Shown here: piece after piece, positions 1 through 15,132 of the stretch
Layout of the letters: the number at the start of each line of letters is the position of its first letter
How positions within the stretch are numbered: position 1 is the stretch's first letter
NCBI RefSeq assembly: GCF_009914755.1
Contig: NC_060941.1
Strand: one strand, 5' to 3'
Source: the human T2T-CHM13v2.0 reference genome, Homo sapiens
Length of the DNA: 64,000 nucleotides
Made by a program: the position numbers and the translations under genes
Notes under the pieces: generated by a model
What the model was told of the DNA's origin: nothing
The model's database searches: none
What the model saw: only the letters and a program-made list of their open reading frames with translations

Positions 1-512
1 AGACAAGAATGCAACAACAACAAAAAAGAAAACTATAGGATAATACCCCCGGTGAACACAGATGCAAAAAATCCCAACAAAAATACTCACAAACCAAATT
101 CTACAGCACATCGAATAAATAATAAACCGTGATCAAGTGGGATTTATCCCAGGGATGAAAAGATGGTTCAACGTATGCAAATCAATAAATATAAAACATC
201 ACATCGACAGAATAAAGGACAAAAACCATGTAACAATTCTTCTCAATAAATGCAGGAAAAGCATTTCATAAATTTTAACATCCCTTGATGATAAAAATTC
301 TCAACAAGCTAGGCATAGAAAGAACATACCTCAACATAATAAAGGCCACATATGACAAGCCCACAGCTAACATCATTCTGAATAAGGAAAAGCTGAAAAC
401 CTTTTCTTTAAGAACTGGAACACAAGATACCCACTTTCACCACTCTTATTCAACATAGCACTGCAAGTCCTCGCCAGAACAATCAAGCAAAAGCAGAAAA
501 TAAAAAGCATCT
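1..512 (+). mobile_element. Old L1 (L1M/L1P) ORF2 reverse-transcriptase region fragment
   Basis: Degenerate match to the L1 ORF2 segment encoding [26 protein letters not shown] (gatgcaaaaaatcccaacaaaaatactc, gatcaagtgggatttatcccagggatg); homologous to 5490-6160 in this window. Confidence 0.9.
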
Positions 513-2878
513 AGTTGTTTTGTGTGTTTGTTTGTTTTGTTCAAAGGGGCAGATTAGAGGCATTGCTAGCATACCTTTCCCACTTGGAGGGACGAAATAG
601 CGTGTAGCGATTCACACTGTGAAATTTTTTTCAAGAAGCAACACAGGAACTGAACAGTAAAACTGAAGGAATTACATACCCTTTGAAGGAAGCAGGAGGC
701 TGCAGCCCACACTGTGAGTCAGGTGAAGGCTTGCAAGTCCCCAGATTGTGAGAGAAGGAGAGACTGCCTCTGAGACATACACCCCCACTAGGGACCCTGA
801 AAGTCCAGGCCATAGGGGAAGGCCCTAACCCCACCCAGCACAGGAACCAACTTTGGGAGGGTTGTGGAATATAAAAGTAGGAGCAGCAGTGGGAAGACCC
901 TTGCATGCATTCCCAGATCCCAGTGCGAGCTGGGGGACAGCTATTCCTTACTGTTCTTCACAGGGGTTCCTGCAGAGGACTGCCAAAAAGTTCAGGAAGT
1001 GGTCGCAGGTTGAAAGAAGTCCCCAGCTGGGTATCATGATGATGTAACCTCAGATGGGGATGAACTCCCTTGGTCAGGGCTGGAGTGAGCGGGAGAGTGA
1101 AAAGTAGGCTGCAAGTGTAGGAGTCATGAATGGAGGAGCCAGGCGTCCAGCTTTGCAGCCGATGGGGAGGGGCGTGGCCTGAAAGCCGCAATTTCTGTCT
1201 TCACAGGGAAAGCTTATGACTCAGGGTAGTTTCAGGCTGACTGGAACTCAGCTCGCTCACAGTAGTCTGGCTCCCAGGGACTCCCACTTCTAGGGGAAGG
1301 GAGAGTGCACCACACCAAGGAAACGCCCTGTGGGACAAAATAATCTGGATGGCAGGCCTTGAACACTGGATCATTTTGCTGGTGTAGTTTCTTTCAGCAG
1401 AGGCACAGTTGCAGTGCTGGACCCAGCAGAAAAAGTCTTCAGCTCTATCCCAATAGTCAGACAGCCCTGATGCACATGAGGGGTCTTGGAGAAGAAAAAA
1501 TCTTTCCTCACTTGTCTACCACTGTATGCACAGTGGTGCTTCTTCCACAAGATCTCAGCATGAGTGCAACTATAGACAGCCTTTCTGGGATCTATCAGGG
1601 TGACTGCATCCCCACAAAAGGAGCACCCTCCAGGTTCAGGCTTGCATGAGAGACAGAGTCACAGTTCTTCTCTGCTTGGAACATCAACATTCCTACAGAT
1701 GAAAAGGGGTGCCTATCTGATGTGAGTAGCCAGAGCACTGAGACAGGAGTGTGTCTGAGAGGTGGATACCTTTCCTGCTGACCCAGCTGGGGAGCTGAAG
1801 TAGCTCCAACTCTTTCCCCTGATAAGACCTTAGTGCTACAGACTGAGGCCTCCTCCACCCACCTCTGTCAAGGTTGCAACTTCATTTATCCACCTGCTTT
1901 ATCTGCAACCAGTTCCTACCCAGGAATGAATCCTAAATCATCAAACCAGTAAATAAAACATTGAGGAAAAACAAATAAATAAAAAAAGTGCATGCCACGG
2001 GGGGGATAAGATAAGCTTTAAAATACCTTGATCATTCCAACCCCCTAGAAGATAGTGAACTTGCTCATACATTTGGCACATTGCTACTACAGCCAGCATA
2101 TAAGAAAGCCACCATACAAAGACTTTCTGTAATCAAGGAACTCTTATAGAGTCATCACCCCTGAAAGCACCAATAACTGAATTAGACTATAATTAACTTT
2201 AAGCATTAAAGTCTTGTCCTTAAGGGGAAAAAAGCATTTAAAAACAAACAAGCAAACAAACTCAAAGAAACACAGTCAAATCATATGTACATTCAAGAAT
2301 GAGAAGAAGCCAGAAAACTAACTCTGTTAATATGACAAAACAGGATGCTATAACACCCACAAAATATCACACTAGCTCTCCAGCAATGGACCCAAACTAA
2401 GATGAAATCTTCAAAATACCAGATAAGGAACTCAGAAGGTCAATTATCAAGCTACTCAAGGAGATATCAGAGGAAGGTGAAACCATCATAGAGAAATTAA
2501 AAAAGCAGTTCAGGATATGAATTAAAAAATTTCTAGAGAGAGAAATATCATAAAGAAAAACCAAATCAGAAGTTCTGGAAATTAAAGAAACACTGAGAGA
2601 ATTACAAAATGCAGGGGAAAGTTTTAATGATAGACTAGAACAAGTAAAATAAAAATTTCAGAGCTTGAAGACAAGGCTTTTGAATTTAATCAATTAGGCA
2701 AAAATAAAGAAGAAATCAAAAGAAATGAACAAAGTCTCCAAGAAATGAGGGATTATGTAAAATGGCCAAACCTAAGAATAATCAGTGTTCCTGAGGGAGA
2801 AGAGAAAACAGTTAAGTCCGGAAAACTTATTTGAGGGAATAATTGAGGAAAACTTCTCTGGCCTGGATAGAAATCTAG

Positions 2879-3010
<132 letters not shown>

Positions 3011-3685
3011 TAAAGATCTTCAGCAAGTCATGTAGTCATTAGGTTATCTAAAGGCAATATGAAGGAAAGAATTCCTTCAGCAGTAAGAGAAAGGCATCAG
3101 GTAACCCACAAAGGAAAACTGATCAGACTACCAGCAGACTTCTCAGCAGAAATCTTATAAGCTAGAGGGACTGGAGTCCCATCTTCAACCTCCTTACACA
3201 ACTGTCAGCCAATAATTTTGTATCCTGCAAAACTAAGTTTCATAAATGAAGGAAAAATAAAGTCATTTTCAGACAAATGCTGAAGGAACTTGTCACTACT
3301 AAACCAGTATTACAGCAAATACTAAGAGGAGTTCTAAACCCTAAAATGAGAGCCCAATATGCATCAAAATAGAACCTCTTGAAAACTTAAAACTCATAGG
3401 GTATATAAAACAATAACAATGCAATAAAACTATCTAGGTAAGAATTAACACGATGAAGAGAACAGTTCCTCACATCTCAATATTAATGTTGAATGTAAAT
3501 GGCCTAAACACTCCACTTAAAAGATATAGAATGGCCGAATGGATAAAAAATCACAATCCAAGTATCTGTTGTCTTCAAGAGACTCACCTAACTTGGAAAG
3601 AGTCATATAAACTCAAGGTAAAAGGATAGAAAAAGGTAGAAAGGTATTCCATATAAATGGAAACCAAAAAAGAGCAGAAATAGCT

Positions 3686-4258
<573 letters not shown>

Positions 4259-5833
4259 TTAATTTAACAAGATATTATAATTCTCAATTTATATGCACCA
4301 AACACTGGAGCTCCCAGATTCATAAAACAATTACTACTAGACCTGAGAAACAAAATAGACAGCAAAACAATATTAGTGAAAGACTTCAGTATACCACTGG
4401 CAGCACTAGACAGGTCTTCAAGACAGAAAGTCAACAGAGAAACAATAGACTTAAGTGACACACAAGAACAAATGGACTTAACAGATATTTACAGAATATT
4501 CTACTCAAGATCTGAAGAACATGCATTCTTCCCATCAGTACATGAAACATTCTCCAAGATAGACCATGTGAGTGGCCACAAAACAAGTCTCAATAAATTT
4601 TAAGAAATCAAAATCATATCAAGTATCTTCTCAGGCCACAGTAGAATAAAACTAGAAGTCAACTCCAAAAACAATCCCTAAAATTATACAAACAAATGGA
4701 ATTAAATAATCTGCTCCTGAATGATCTCTGGGTTAACAACGAAATCAAGATGGAAATTTAAAAATAATTTGAATTGAATGATAATAATGACACAAGTTAT
4801 CAAAACCTCTGGGATACAGCAAAAGCTAAGAGGAAAGCTTATAGCACTAAATGCCTACATCAAAAAGTTTTAAAGAACACACATTGACAACCTAATGTCA
4901 CACCTCAAGTAACTGGAGAAACAAGAACAAACTGAACCTAGAGCTAGAAGAAGGAAATAAATAACAAAGAAAAGAGCAGAACTAAATGAAATTCAAACAA
5001 AAAAATTAAAAGATCAATGAAAGAAAAAGCTGGTTATTTGAAAAAAATAAACAAAATCAATAGATCATTAGCTAGATTAGCCAAGAAAAGAAGAGAGAAG
5101 ATCCAAAAAACCTCAATTAGAAATGAAACTGGAGACATTATAACTGACACCACAGAAATACAAAAGATCATTCGAGACTACTATGAATACCTTAATGTGC
5201 ACAAGCTAGAAAACCTAGAGGAAATGGATAAATTCCTGGAAACATACAGCCCTCCTAGATTAAACTAGGAAGAAATAGAAACAGACTAGTAACAAGCAGC
5301 GAGATTGAATCAGTAATTTAAAAATTGCCAACAGAAAAAAAAAAGCCCAGGATCAGATGGATTCACAGCTAAATTCTACTAGACATTCATAGAAGAACTG
5401 GTGCCAATTCTACTGAAATTATTCCAAAAGATTGAAAAAGAAGGAATCCTCCCTAAATCATTCTATGAAGCTAGTATCACTCTGATACCAAAACCAGGAA
5501 AAGACACAACAACCACAACAAAAATGACAGAACAATTTCCCTGATGAACTTAGATGCAAAAATCCTTAACAAAATACTAGCTAACTGAATCCAACAGCAC
5601 ATCAAAAAGATAATTCATTATGATCAAGTGGGTTTCATCCCAGAAATGCAGGGATGATTTAACCTATGCAAGTCAATAAATGTGATACATCCCATAAACA
5701 GAATTTGAAAACAAAAACTATATTATCATCTCAATAGATACAGAAAAAGCATTAAAGAAAATTGGTAGCTTTTTTTGATAAAAAGTCAAAAAACTCAGCA
5801 TAGAATGGACATATTTCAAAATAATAAAAGCCA

Positions 5834-5980
5834 GGCCAGGAACAGCAGCTCACGCCTGTAATCCCAACATGTTGGGAGGCTAAGGTGGGAGGATCGCTTG
5901 AGTCCCTGAGTTTGAGACCAGCCTGAGCAACGTAGCAAGACCCTGTCTTTTTTTAATAAATAAATAAATAAAATAAAAAA
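5834..5980 (+). mobile_element. FLAM_C-like free left Alu monomer
   Basis: Single monomer with ggaggatcgcttgag...agcaagaccctgtct, A-rich tail, TSD aataaaagcca. Confidence 0.88.
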
Positions 5981-8114
5981 AATAAAAGCCATATATGACA
6001 AACTCATAGTCAACATCATGCTGAATGGAGAAAAGTTGAAAGCATTCCCCTTGAGAAAAGTAACAAGACAAGGATGCCCACTTTCACCACTCCTATTCAA
6101 TATAGTTCTGGAAGTCCTAGTCAGAGGAATTAGGCAAGAGAAAGAAATAAAGGGCATCCAAATTGGAAAAGAGAAAGTCAAACTATCACCATCTGCAGAT
6201 TATATAAATTGTATACCTAGAAAATTCCAAAGACTCCTTCAAAATATTTTTAGATTTGATAAATGAATTCAGTAAAGTCTCAGATTACAAAATCAATGTA
6301 CACAAATCAGTAGCACTGCTATACGCCACCAGTAACCAAGCTGAGACTCACATCAAGAACCCAGTGCCTTTTACAACAGCTGCAAAAAATATTAAATACC
6401 TAGGAATATACTTAAGCAAGGACATAAAAGATCACTACAGGGAGAACTACAAAACACTGCTGAAAAAAAATTACACACGACACAAACAAATGAAAGTGCA
6501 TCCTATGCTGACAAATTGGAAGAATCAATATTGCGAAAATGACCACACTGCTCAAAGTAATCTGCAGATTCAATGCAATTCCTATCAAAATACCAAGACC
6601 ATTTTTAACAGAATTAGGAAAAACAGTTCTAAAATTCACAGGGAACCAAAAAAGAGCCCAAATAGCTAAAGCAATCCGAAGCAAAAAGAACAAATCCGGA
6701 GGCATCACATTACCAGACTTCAAATCATACTACAAGGCTATAGTTACCAAAACAGCTTGGTACTGGTATAAAAGCAGGCATATAGACCAATGTAACAGAA
6801 TAGAGAACCCAGAAATAAAGCCAAATATGTACAACCAACTGATTTTTGACAAAGTATACAAAAACATATATTGGGAAATGGACATCCTATTTAATACATG
6901 GTGCTGGGAAAACTGGCAAGCCACATGTGGAAGAATGAAACTGGATCCCTACTTCTCACCTTATACAAAAATCAACTCAAGATGGATCAAAGACTTAAAT
7001 ATAAGGCCTGAAGCTATGAAAATTATACAAGACAATGTTGGAAAAGCTCTTCTAGACATCGGCCAGGGCAAGGAATGTATGTCTAAGACCCCAAAGGCAA
7101 ACACAACAAAAACAAAAATAAATAAATGATACCTAATTAAACTGAGAAGGTTCTGCACAGCAAGAGAAATAATCAGAAGAGTAAACAGACAACCTACAGA
7201 GTGGGAGAAAATATTTGCAAACTATGCGTCTGACAAAGGACTAGTAACCAGAATCAAGGAACCCAAACAAATCAGCAAGAAAAAACAAGTAAGTCTATTA
7301 AAAAGTAGGCAAAGGACATAATAGACATTTCTTAAAATAAGATACACAAATGGCCAACAAACTTAAGAAAAAATGCTCAATATCATTAATTATCAGGGAA
7401 ATGCAAATTAAAACCACAATAAGATACCATCTTACTCCTGCAAGAAAAACCATTATTAAAAAGTCAAAAAAACAATAGATGTTGGTGTGGATATGGGGAA
7501 AGGGGAATGTATGTGACAAATACTCACATATCCTCAATAAATATCTAAAATATTGTATATCAATTAAAAATTATAGTTGGAAGATTCCAAATGGAGATAA
7601 AGGATTGTGGCTAACATTGCAAGTCCAGCTTCTCTGCATTGAGTTAACCACAGGCTGTGCTGGGTGCAAGCTCTCTCCTTATCCCATGGTCACAACCCCC
7701 ATTGTATTAGCAGGCTGGCTTCTGTCCCTTTCCTTGGTCCTGGTCCAAAGAACTCCAATTTTGTAGTATAAAAGAGGTTTAGATAACTTTCTACTGTCTC
7801 AGCAAGACTGTCAGTGTATACAAACATGGAAAACTGAAAACCAGGTTTTCAGGTTACTCACAAAATTGAACATCCTTTATGATATTTTATAGGGAAGAAT
7901 TTTCATTCTTTTGAGTTGATGTTTATCACTGAAACCCAACCCACTGAATGGCATCATTTTTCTGGAAAACTGTCTGCCAGTAACATCCCCACTAAGATAA
8001 ATCTATTATAAGTATTATTTAGAGTTTTCTTAAATTTATTTGCGGATGTCAGACATTGAGCATTTCTTGGGAAATGATCCAAAAAAAAAAAATTCCACTT
8101 TATTGGAAAAAAAT

Positions 8115-8215
8115 CCCAGCTCCATTGCTACAAATACGGGGCGATTTTGAGCCAGTCACTTCATTTCTTGGGGACTCAGTTAATACATTTGTAAAATGAA
8201 AGTGTTAAACTAAAA
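8115..8215 (+). mobile_element. MIR fragment
   Basis: cccagctccattgct...gccagtcacttcatttcttggggactcagt...tgtaaaatg resembles the MIR core. Confidence 0.6.
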
Positions 8216-8389
8216 TAACTGAGACTTCCCAGCTGTAGCATTCATTGCTTCTATGTTGTCAGTATTTGTTGATGTTTTAAATAATATTACTTCATTCCCA
8301 GAGGCTTCTTGATCTGCCATACCTCTCTCTCCAGATTCCTCCACAGATAAATAGTTCCAGGTGGGATTCGTTTAGATTTATTATTATTA

Positions 8390-8510
8390 TTTTAATAGCT
8401 ACCATATATCCAGTGCTTACTATGTGCAGAATATATGTTATCTGACATAATCCATATGTAATGCAAGTATTAGACTAGTCTTGCCTTTCCCCATATTTTG
8501 GGAAAGGGGA
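8390..8510 (-). mobile_element. MIR fragment
   Basis: aatagctaccatatatccagtgcttactatgtgc resembles the MIR 3' end in reverse. Confidence 0.55.
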
Positions 8511-8947
8511 GTTTGTGTTAAAACTGTTTCTTGCTCCTCCTTGCAGCTGCTGCTTTGGGTTGCATGTTTCTCTCTGTTGCTCTTGGCTCCCTCTTGAACC
8601 ATACTGGCTGTGCTGCCCACCATTGCCTAAAACTCTGGAACTCTGACTTCCCCCTCCAGGTGATGCTGTTTCTCCTGTGATATTAGCAGGAGATGAGGAA
8701 ACGGGACAGGAAAATTTCCCTTGCTCTTGTATCTCTCAGTTCTTCCAAGCCTACCATACCAGTCTCTATTTACAACAGATATTATAGAGATGGAACTTTC
8801 TATACAATAGAGGAAAGAATAACTTAAAACTGCATGTAAAATATGATTTTCATCGAGCCCCAAAGAAAAGGCAATAAATAAATAGAAGACAGTTGGGTGA
8901 ATGGATGAATAAATGAAGTAGCTCTTCATCATAGCCTTCGGGAAGCA

Positions 8948-9023
8948 GCCTAGTTCAGACTCCTGTTCTCAGTCTCCCAAGCCTGGCCCAGTTCAAACTC
9001 CTGTTCTCAGTCTCCCAAGTCTC
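8948..9023. repeat. 38-bp tandem duplication (2 copies)
   Basis: gcctagttcagactcctgttctcagtctcccaagcctg / gcccagttcaaactcctgttctcagtctcccaagtctc. Confidence 0.9.
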
Positions 9024-9501
9024 CCTTCCTTCATGCTCAGAGAGGTATATTTTTTAATTATTGTTTCAAATCTCTGCTTGTCTTTTAAAAATCCACATCT
9101 GCAGTTTATGAGGATTGATATCACCTTGGATTTCATCATCTTTTTCTTCCAGGGCAAACCATAGGCCACACTATCCTACAGAAACATGTTTTCCTAAAAG
9201 CTAAGGCATTAAGTTGAGAAATACATCATACGTTGTTTCAGCAGAGAAATTCAGTTATGAGTCTCCAAAATATATTAGAGAACTTCAAGGTTGGTTTTAA
9301 TCCTTTGAATCCAATCCCATTCAAAGTCTCTTCTCTCTCATATGAAGTCTAGATATGTCTTTTTTATTCTTCGTATGATTTTCTTAACTATAAGGCTAAA
9401 CACTTACACATATCTCCCAACAATAGACAATGTTTTCATAGAACATATGGTCTACATGGAAAATAAGAAACTTTTTTCCGTAAATGCAGCATAACCTATA
9501 T

Positions 9502-9796
<295 letters not shown>

Positions 9797-12700
9797 CAAT
9801 ATAGGTTTTTCAGTCCACAATACTTTCCATGTTATATACAGCAGTGTCAGCAATCTTTTATCTTTCCTTTAAACATTCCCAGAAGAAATGGGTGTGTATA
9901 AAATCATGCTCATTTTCTGCTTCCTTAAACCACAAAACCATCTATATCAGATAGTTGCCTTCAAGTAAAAACAAAACAAAAACAAAAAAAAAACAAAAGA
10001 CAAAAAACGAGAAGAAGCTTTGAAATCAACCTCTTTTTTCACTTTGTGAAATTTTTTCTTCAAATTTGTGGACTAAATATCATCTCCAGTTATCTCTACG
10101 AACACAAGGGTAGCAGTATAAAGACTCATTATTTCCCTGTATTTGGTGCAGATTTCAAAGGATTAGGGGAAAGGGTTGGCCTAGACTTCCCTTTAAGTTG
10201 TATTTATGATAAGCTTTGGTGTAGCAGTTACTATTCTAGACTTAGGGAAGTGAAGGTAAGAGTTAAAATGACACACCAAAATCATACATACGGTGAGTAG
10301 AATTGCTGAGATGTCACCAAAGTTAGTGAGTTGTTTAAGTCCATTCACTACAATATAGAGTTCAGATTGTTTAGGGACATCTTTTTCCTTCAAGAATGAA
10401 GTAAATTTTTTGTCTCTCTTTCCTTTTCTCTGATGTCTCCTTTTCAGCTCCTTCCTCCTATTTTATCCAGTCCTTGATTAATGCTGCCTTACTATGATAA
10501 CAATGTTTAATACATTTGTGTTGGTCTCTTTCTCTCTGAAATTATTTTTTAAATCACATTCTGTCGAAATAATATTAGGATTTAACCATCAGACAGAGAA
10601 TGATTTTGAGAAGAGGTAGTTATATGTCCCCCAAATGAAATCTGCCCTTTCTGCTTTTATTGAGAAATCATAATTCACCTCACTGATTTGGTTTACCTCA
10701 ATATTTCAAATGACAGAGGTGCTTTGACCAAAAGTAGGGAGATTCCTGCTTATAAATTTGCTAATTGGGGTATTTTTTACATACAGTATAATGCTTTGAT
10801 TTTAAGTGTATAGTTCAACAAATTTTGACAAATGTTCATACCCTTCTAACATCATTCAAATCAAGACACAGAACATTTCCATTGCCCCTGAAGCATTCCG
10901 TGTGGCACTTCCAGTCAATATCTCTCTTCCAGAGAAATTGTTGTTCCAATTTCTGTAACCAGAGATTACTTTTGCCTGTTCTGGAACTTCATATAGTGGA
11001 ATCATATAGTATAGACTCATATTTGGCTTCTTTCATTCAACATAATATTTCTGAGATTCATCCATGTTTTTGTTTATTTTTTGCTTACTTCAAGAATATA
11101 AAAATATTCTTCCAATATTTTCATTATGAAGCTTTCTAATTTTTAGCTCTTATATTTAGGTATATGTTTCATCTGACTAATTTTTGTATAGGACATAATA
11201 AAAGGGTGAAGATTAATTTTTTATAGAGATATCCAGTTTCTCTAACGTTACGTGCTGAAAAGACTTTTTCCTCTACTGAATTTTATTAACATCTTTTTAA
11301 TAAATCAATAAACTTCACAAATATGAATACAATTCTAAGTTCTCTATTCTGTACAATTAATCTATTTGTCTATCCTTATGCCAATAACTAATTGCCTAAT
11401 ATATTGTAGTTTTACACTCTGTGTTGAAATCAGGCAATGTAAATCTCCTAACTGTATATCTTTAACCTGCTTCTAACTTTATATCTTTAAAACTTGGTCA
11501 TTCTAAGCACTTTGCACTTCCGTATACATTTTAGAATTAGTTTGTCAATTTTTACAAAAATATCTGCTTGGATTTTGCTTGAGATTGTTTGAATCTATAG
11601 ATTTTGATGGGGAGAAAAATAAAGATTACAAGATTGAATCTTCAAATCCATGAATATGGTATATATCTCCATTTATTTAGAACTATAATTTCTCTATGTA
11701 TAGATGCACATCTTTTGTTAAATTTATTTATTTGTACTTGGATTTTAACTATTAAGCTATTATAAATGATGTTGTTTACTTAATTTCATTTCCTATTTAT
11801 TTCTATTTCTTGTGTATAGAAATACTTACACTTTTCATTCTAGCTTTTTTTAAGTAGATTTCCCTGGATTTTTACATTCACAATCATGTCATGTATGAAC
11901 AAAGACAGTTTTACTTAATGTAAAATTTCTACTTGTTCCTGTTCTTTGTGCTTTCTTCTGTTTTTTTTTTTTTGGTTGTTTTGTTTTTTTGGCTTACGGT
12001 ACTTTCTGTACAATGTCAAACAGAAGTGGGAAAAACAAAGATTGTTGCCTTCTCCTTGATGTTAGGGTGTTCAATATTTTGTGTTAAAGTATAATGTGCA
12101 TAACACTTTATCAGATTGAGAAAGTCTTCTACTTTCAGTTTTCTGAAGGATTTTTTTCCCCTCATAAATGGGCAGTGACTTTTATCAGATGTTTTTTCTA
12201 TATCTATTACACTGAGATGATTATGTAATTTAAACTTTATATTAATATGGTGAATATATTGATTGACTTTAGAATATTGAGACAACTTTGCATTCTAGAG
12301 ACTACCACCACTTGGTTATAATGCATTATCCTGTTTAATCTTAGTATTTTTTCCTCTAATAATTTTTTAGTTACATGGTTTACATTTCTTAAACAGTTGC
12401 TTTAAAAATTATCATATACACTCTTAAATTATGACTATCTCAAAAATATTTAATTACCTCACAATTTCAGATATTTATGACAATATATTTCCAATTATTA
12501 CCCTCTGCCTTTTGAGGCCTTATTATTTTACTTCTACATATTGCATAAAATCTATGTTCTTTTGGGTTTTTTTTTACCTTACATAGTCAGTACTCTTTAA
12601 GGATATTTAACAATTTATGTGTAGAAAACAAAAAATAATTTTCAAAATATTTTTAAATGCACTCTATTCTTTCTTATAAAGCTGAGTTTTTATCTGATGT

Positions 12701-13412
12701 CACTGCTTTTAAACCTATGTAAATTATTTTATTATTTCTTGTAGGATAGTTTTGCTGGAGTTTAATTCTTTCAACTTTTGTCTGTTTGAAAATATCTCTA
12801 TGCCACCATTAGTTTTTGAAGGATGTTTTTAGCAAATATAACAGTTAATTGTTCTTTCACACTTTAAAAATATTATTCTATTATCTTCTGGCTTCCATTA
12901 TTTTTGATGAAGGGTCAGGTAACATTCTTATCATTGTCTTCCTGTATATTCAGTTTCTTTTTTCCCCCTCTCTGGCTACTTTTAAGTTCATCTTTTTATC
13001 TTTGTTTTTCTGCAGTATGACTGTGATGTGTCTAGAAGTAAATGTCATCCTACCTTGGAGTTTTCTAAGCTTTTTGGATTGGTAGCCTTATTTTCCCATT
13101 TATACATAGCTAGATTCTATTTGCTCATTGTTAAGAACCTCTCTATGTTCATGAAAGATACTATTCAGTGATTTTTTTTCCTGTATTGTTTTTCTCTTGT
13201 ATTAGTATTAGGGCTATCCTGCCCCCAAACCAGAAGACAAGAGTTCTGTTGTTGTTTTTTTTTAATTGTCTGAAAGAGTTTGTATAATATGGAAATTATT
13301 TCTTCCTTCAAGAAAAATTCACATTTATGCCATCTAGACCTAGTGTTCCTTGTGGAAAAGATTATATTTTGTTTAAGTGTATTTAAAAGACACAGGGATA
13401 TTCAAATTTTCT

Positions 13413-13414
<2 letters not shown>

Positions 13415-13446
<32 letters not shown>
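13415..13446. repeat. (TG)16 microsatellite
   Basis: Direct reading. Confidence 0.97.
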
Positions 13447-13447
<1 letters not shown>

Positions 13448-14861
13448 CCAATTTAAAAAATCTGTGTTTGTCAAGGGATTTGTTTATTTCCTCCAAGTAA
13501 TCAATATTGTTGGCACAAAGTTGTTAATAATACCCTATTGCAATCTTTTTAATAGCTAAAAAATCTGTGAGATGGCTTCTTTTTTATTCTTGATACTGGC
13601 AAATTATGCTTTTCCTCTTTTTCTGATGGCTTTTTCTAGGAGTTTATCAATTTTATTAATATTTTTACAAACAAATTTTTAGTTTTGTTAATGTTTTCTA
13701 TTATTTACCTTGTCTTTTTTCATTGATTTTTGCTCTTTATTTTTTATCCATGTTAATTTGTTCTTGTTATGTTAGTTGTTTTAGTAAACTGAATAATTGA
13801 TTCTTATTATATATATGCCTTTTAAATTTGTCATATATGTGTGTATACATATATATGTCTTTAAACTTGTAAGTTTGCTGCTAAGTACTGCTTACCTCCA
13901 TACACAAATTTTGATACTTTGTGTTCTTCTTACTGAGCTCAAAATATTCTCAAATTTCTATTTTGATTTTTTCTTTAATGATGTGTGTGTGTTTTAATTT
14001 AGTTATAAATTTATTTCTGTTTTTAAAAAATTCTATTGGGTTTTCAGAACATATTCAGTAGGATTTTAATTTTGAAAATGTGTTGAGATTGTTTATAGCT
14101 AGAAATATTGTCTATCTTGGTGTATGTTCTAAGTACATTTGAAAAGACTCTATAATAAAAATATGGGGAAACAATTTCAAAAATATCAATAAGACCAAGC
14201 TGGTTAAAAGTGATTTTCAACTATTCTATATCCTTGTGCTACTCTTTGATCTATTACTGAAAGAAAACTACTAAAACTTCTTTTATGATTAGGAATTTGT
14301 TTGTCTTTTCTGATATATCACTGTTGGCTTCAAATATTTTGAAACTATGTTAGTCACAGCATATACATTTATGTTTGTTATGTTGTCATGATGAATTGAT
14401 CCTTTTATTATTATAAAATATTCCCCATTATTTCCTGCATTACTCATTTTTTAGTCTGATATTAATGCAGCTACAACAGCTTTTTTTGTAATTAGTGTTT
14501 TTAGGGTATATATTTTTCCATCTTTTAGCTTCAGTGTATCTCTGTTTAAACTGTACCTTTTGTAAAGACCATTAGATTATCATTCTTTTTTTTAACTCAG
14601 GCTGCCAATTAATAATTTTTAATTAGACTTTTCAGTTAATTTATATTTGATGTATTTGTAGATATGGTTAAGTTTAATTCTACCATTTTGCTATTTGTTT
14701 TCTACTTGACTCACCTATTTTTTGTTCTGTTCTTCTTTTATTGCCTTCTTATGGTTAGATTACCACATGCATCTTTAACTTAATTCAGTCTATCTTAAAT
14801 TGGTTTATATTACTTCACAAACATTATAATTTATAGTAATGTAATTCTATTTTAAATTTAT

Positions 14862-15132
14862 TGCCTGTAATTCTAGCACTTTGGGATACTAATGCAGGAG
14901 GATTGCTTAAGCCTAGAAATTCAAGACCATCTTGGATAACATGGCAAGACTGTCTCTACAAAAACCAAAAAATTTAGCCAGATGGTGTGGCACACACCTG
15001 TGATCCCAGCCATTCAGGAGGCTGAGGCAGGAGAATCATTGAGCTCAGGAGGTCAAAGCTTCTATGAGCCATTATTGTGCCTCTTCATTCCAGCCTGATA
15101 ACAGAGTGAGACTCCATCTCAAAAAAAAAAAA
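14862..15132 (+). mobile_element. AluJ (Jo/Jr-like)
   Basis: Diverged dimer with ggaggattgcttaagcc and ggaggtcaaagct; poly(A). Confidence 0.9.

Noticed and set aside
6539-7129. Longest ORF (196 aa) and other L1-like ORFs as functional CDS
   Set aside because: They are fragments of L1 ORF2 inside an element with many stops, frameshifts and Alu insertions; nothing suggests domestication.
8948-9023. 38-bp repeat as a CRISPR-like array
   Set aside because: Two adjacent copies with no spacers, in primate DNA, with no cas genes.
10250-10300. Strong splice-donor-like motifs (ag|gtaaga, cg|gtgagt)
   Set aside because: They lie in probable MIR-derived sequence with no matching upstream acceptor or reading frame.
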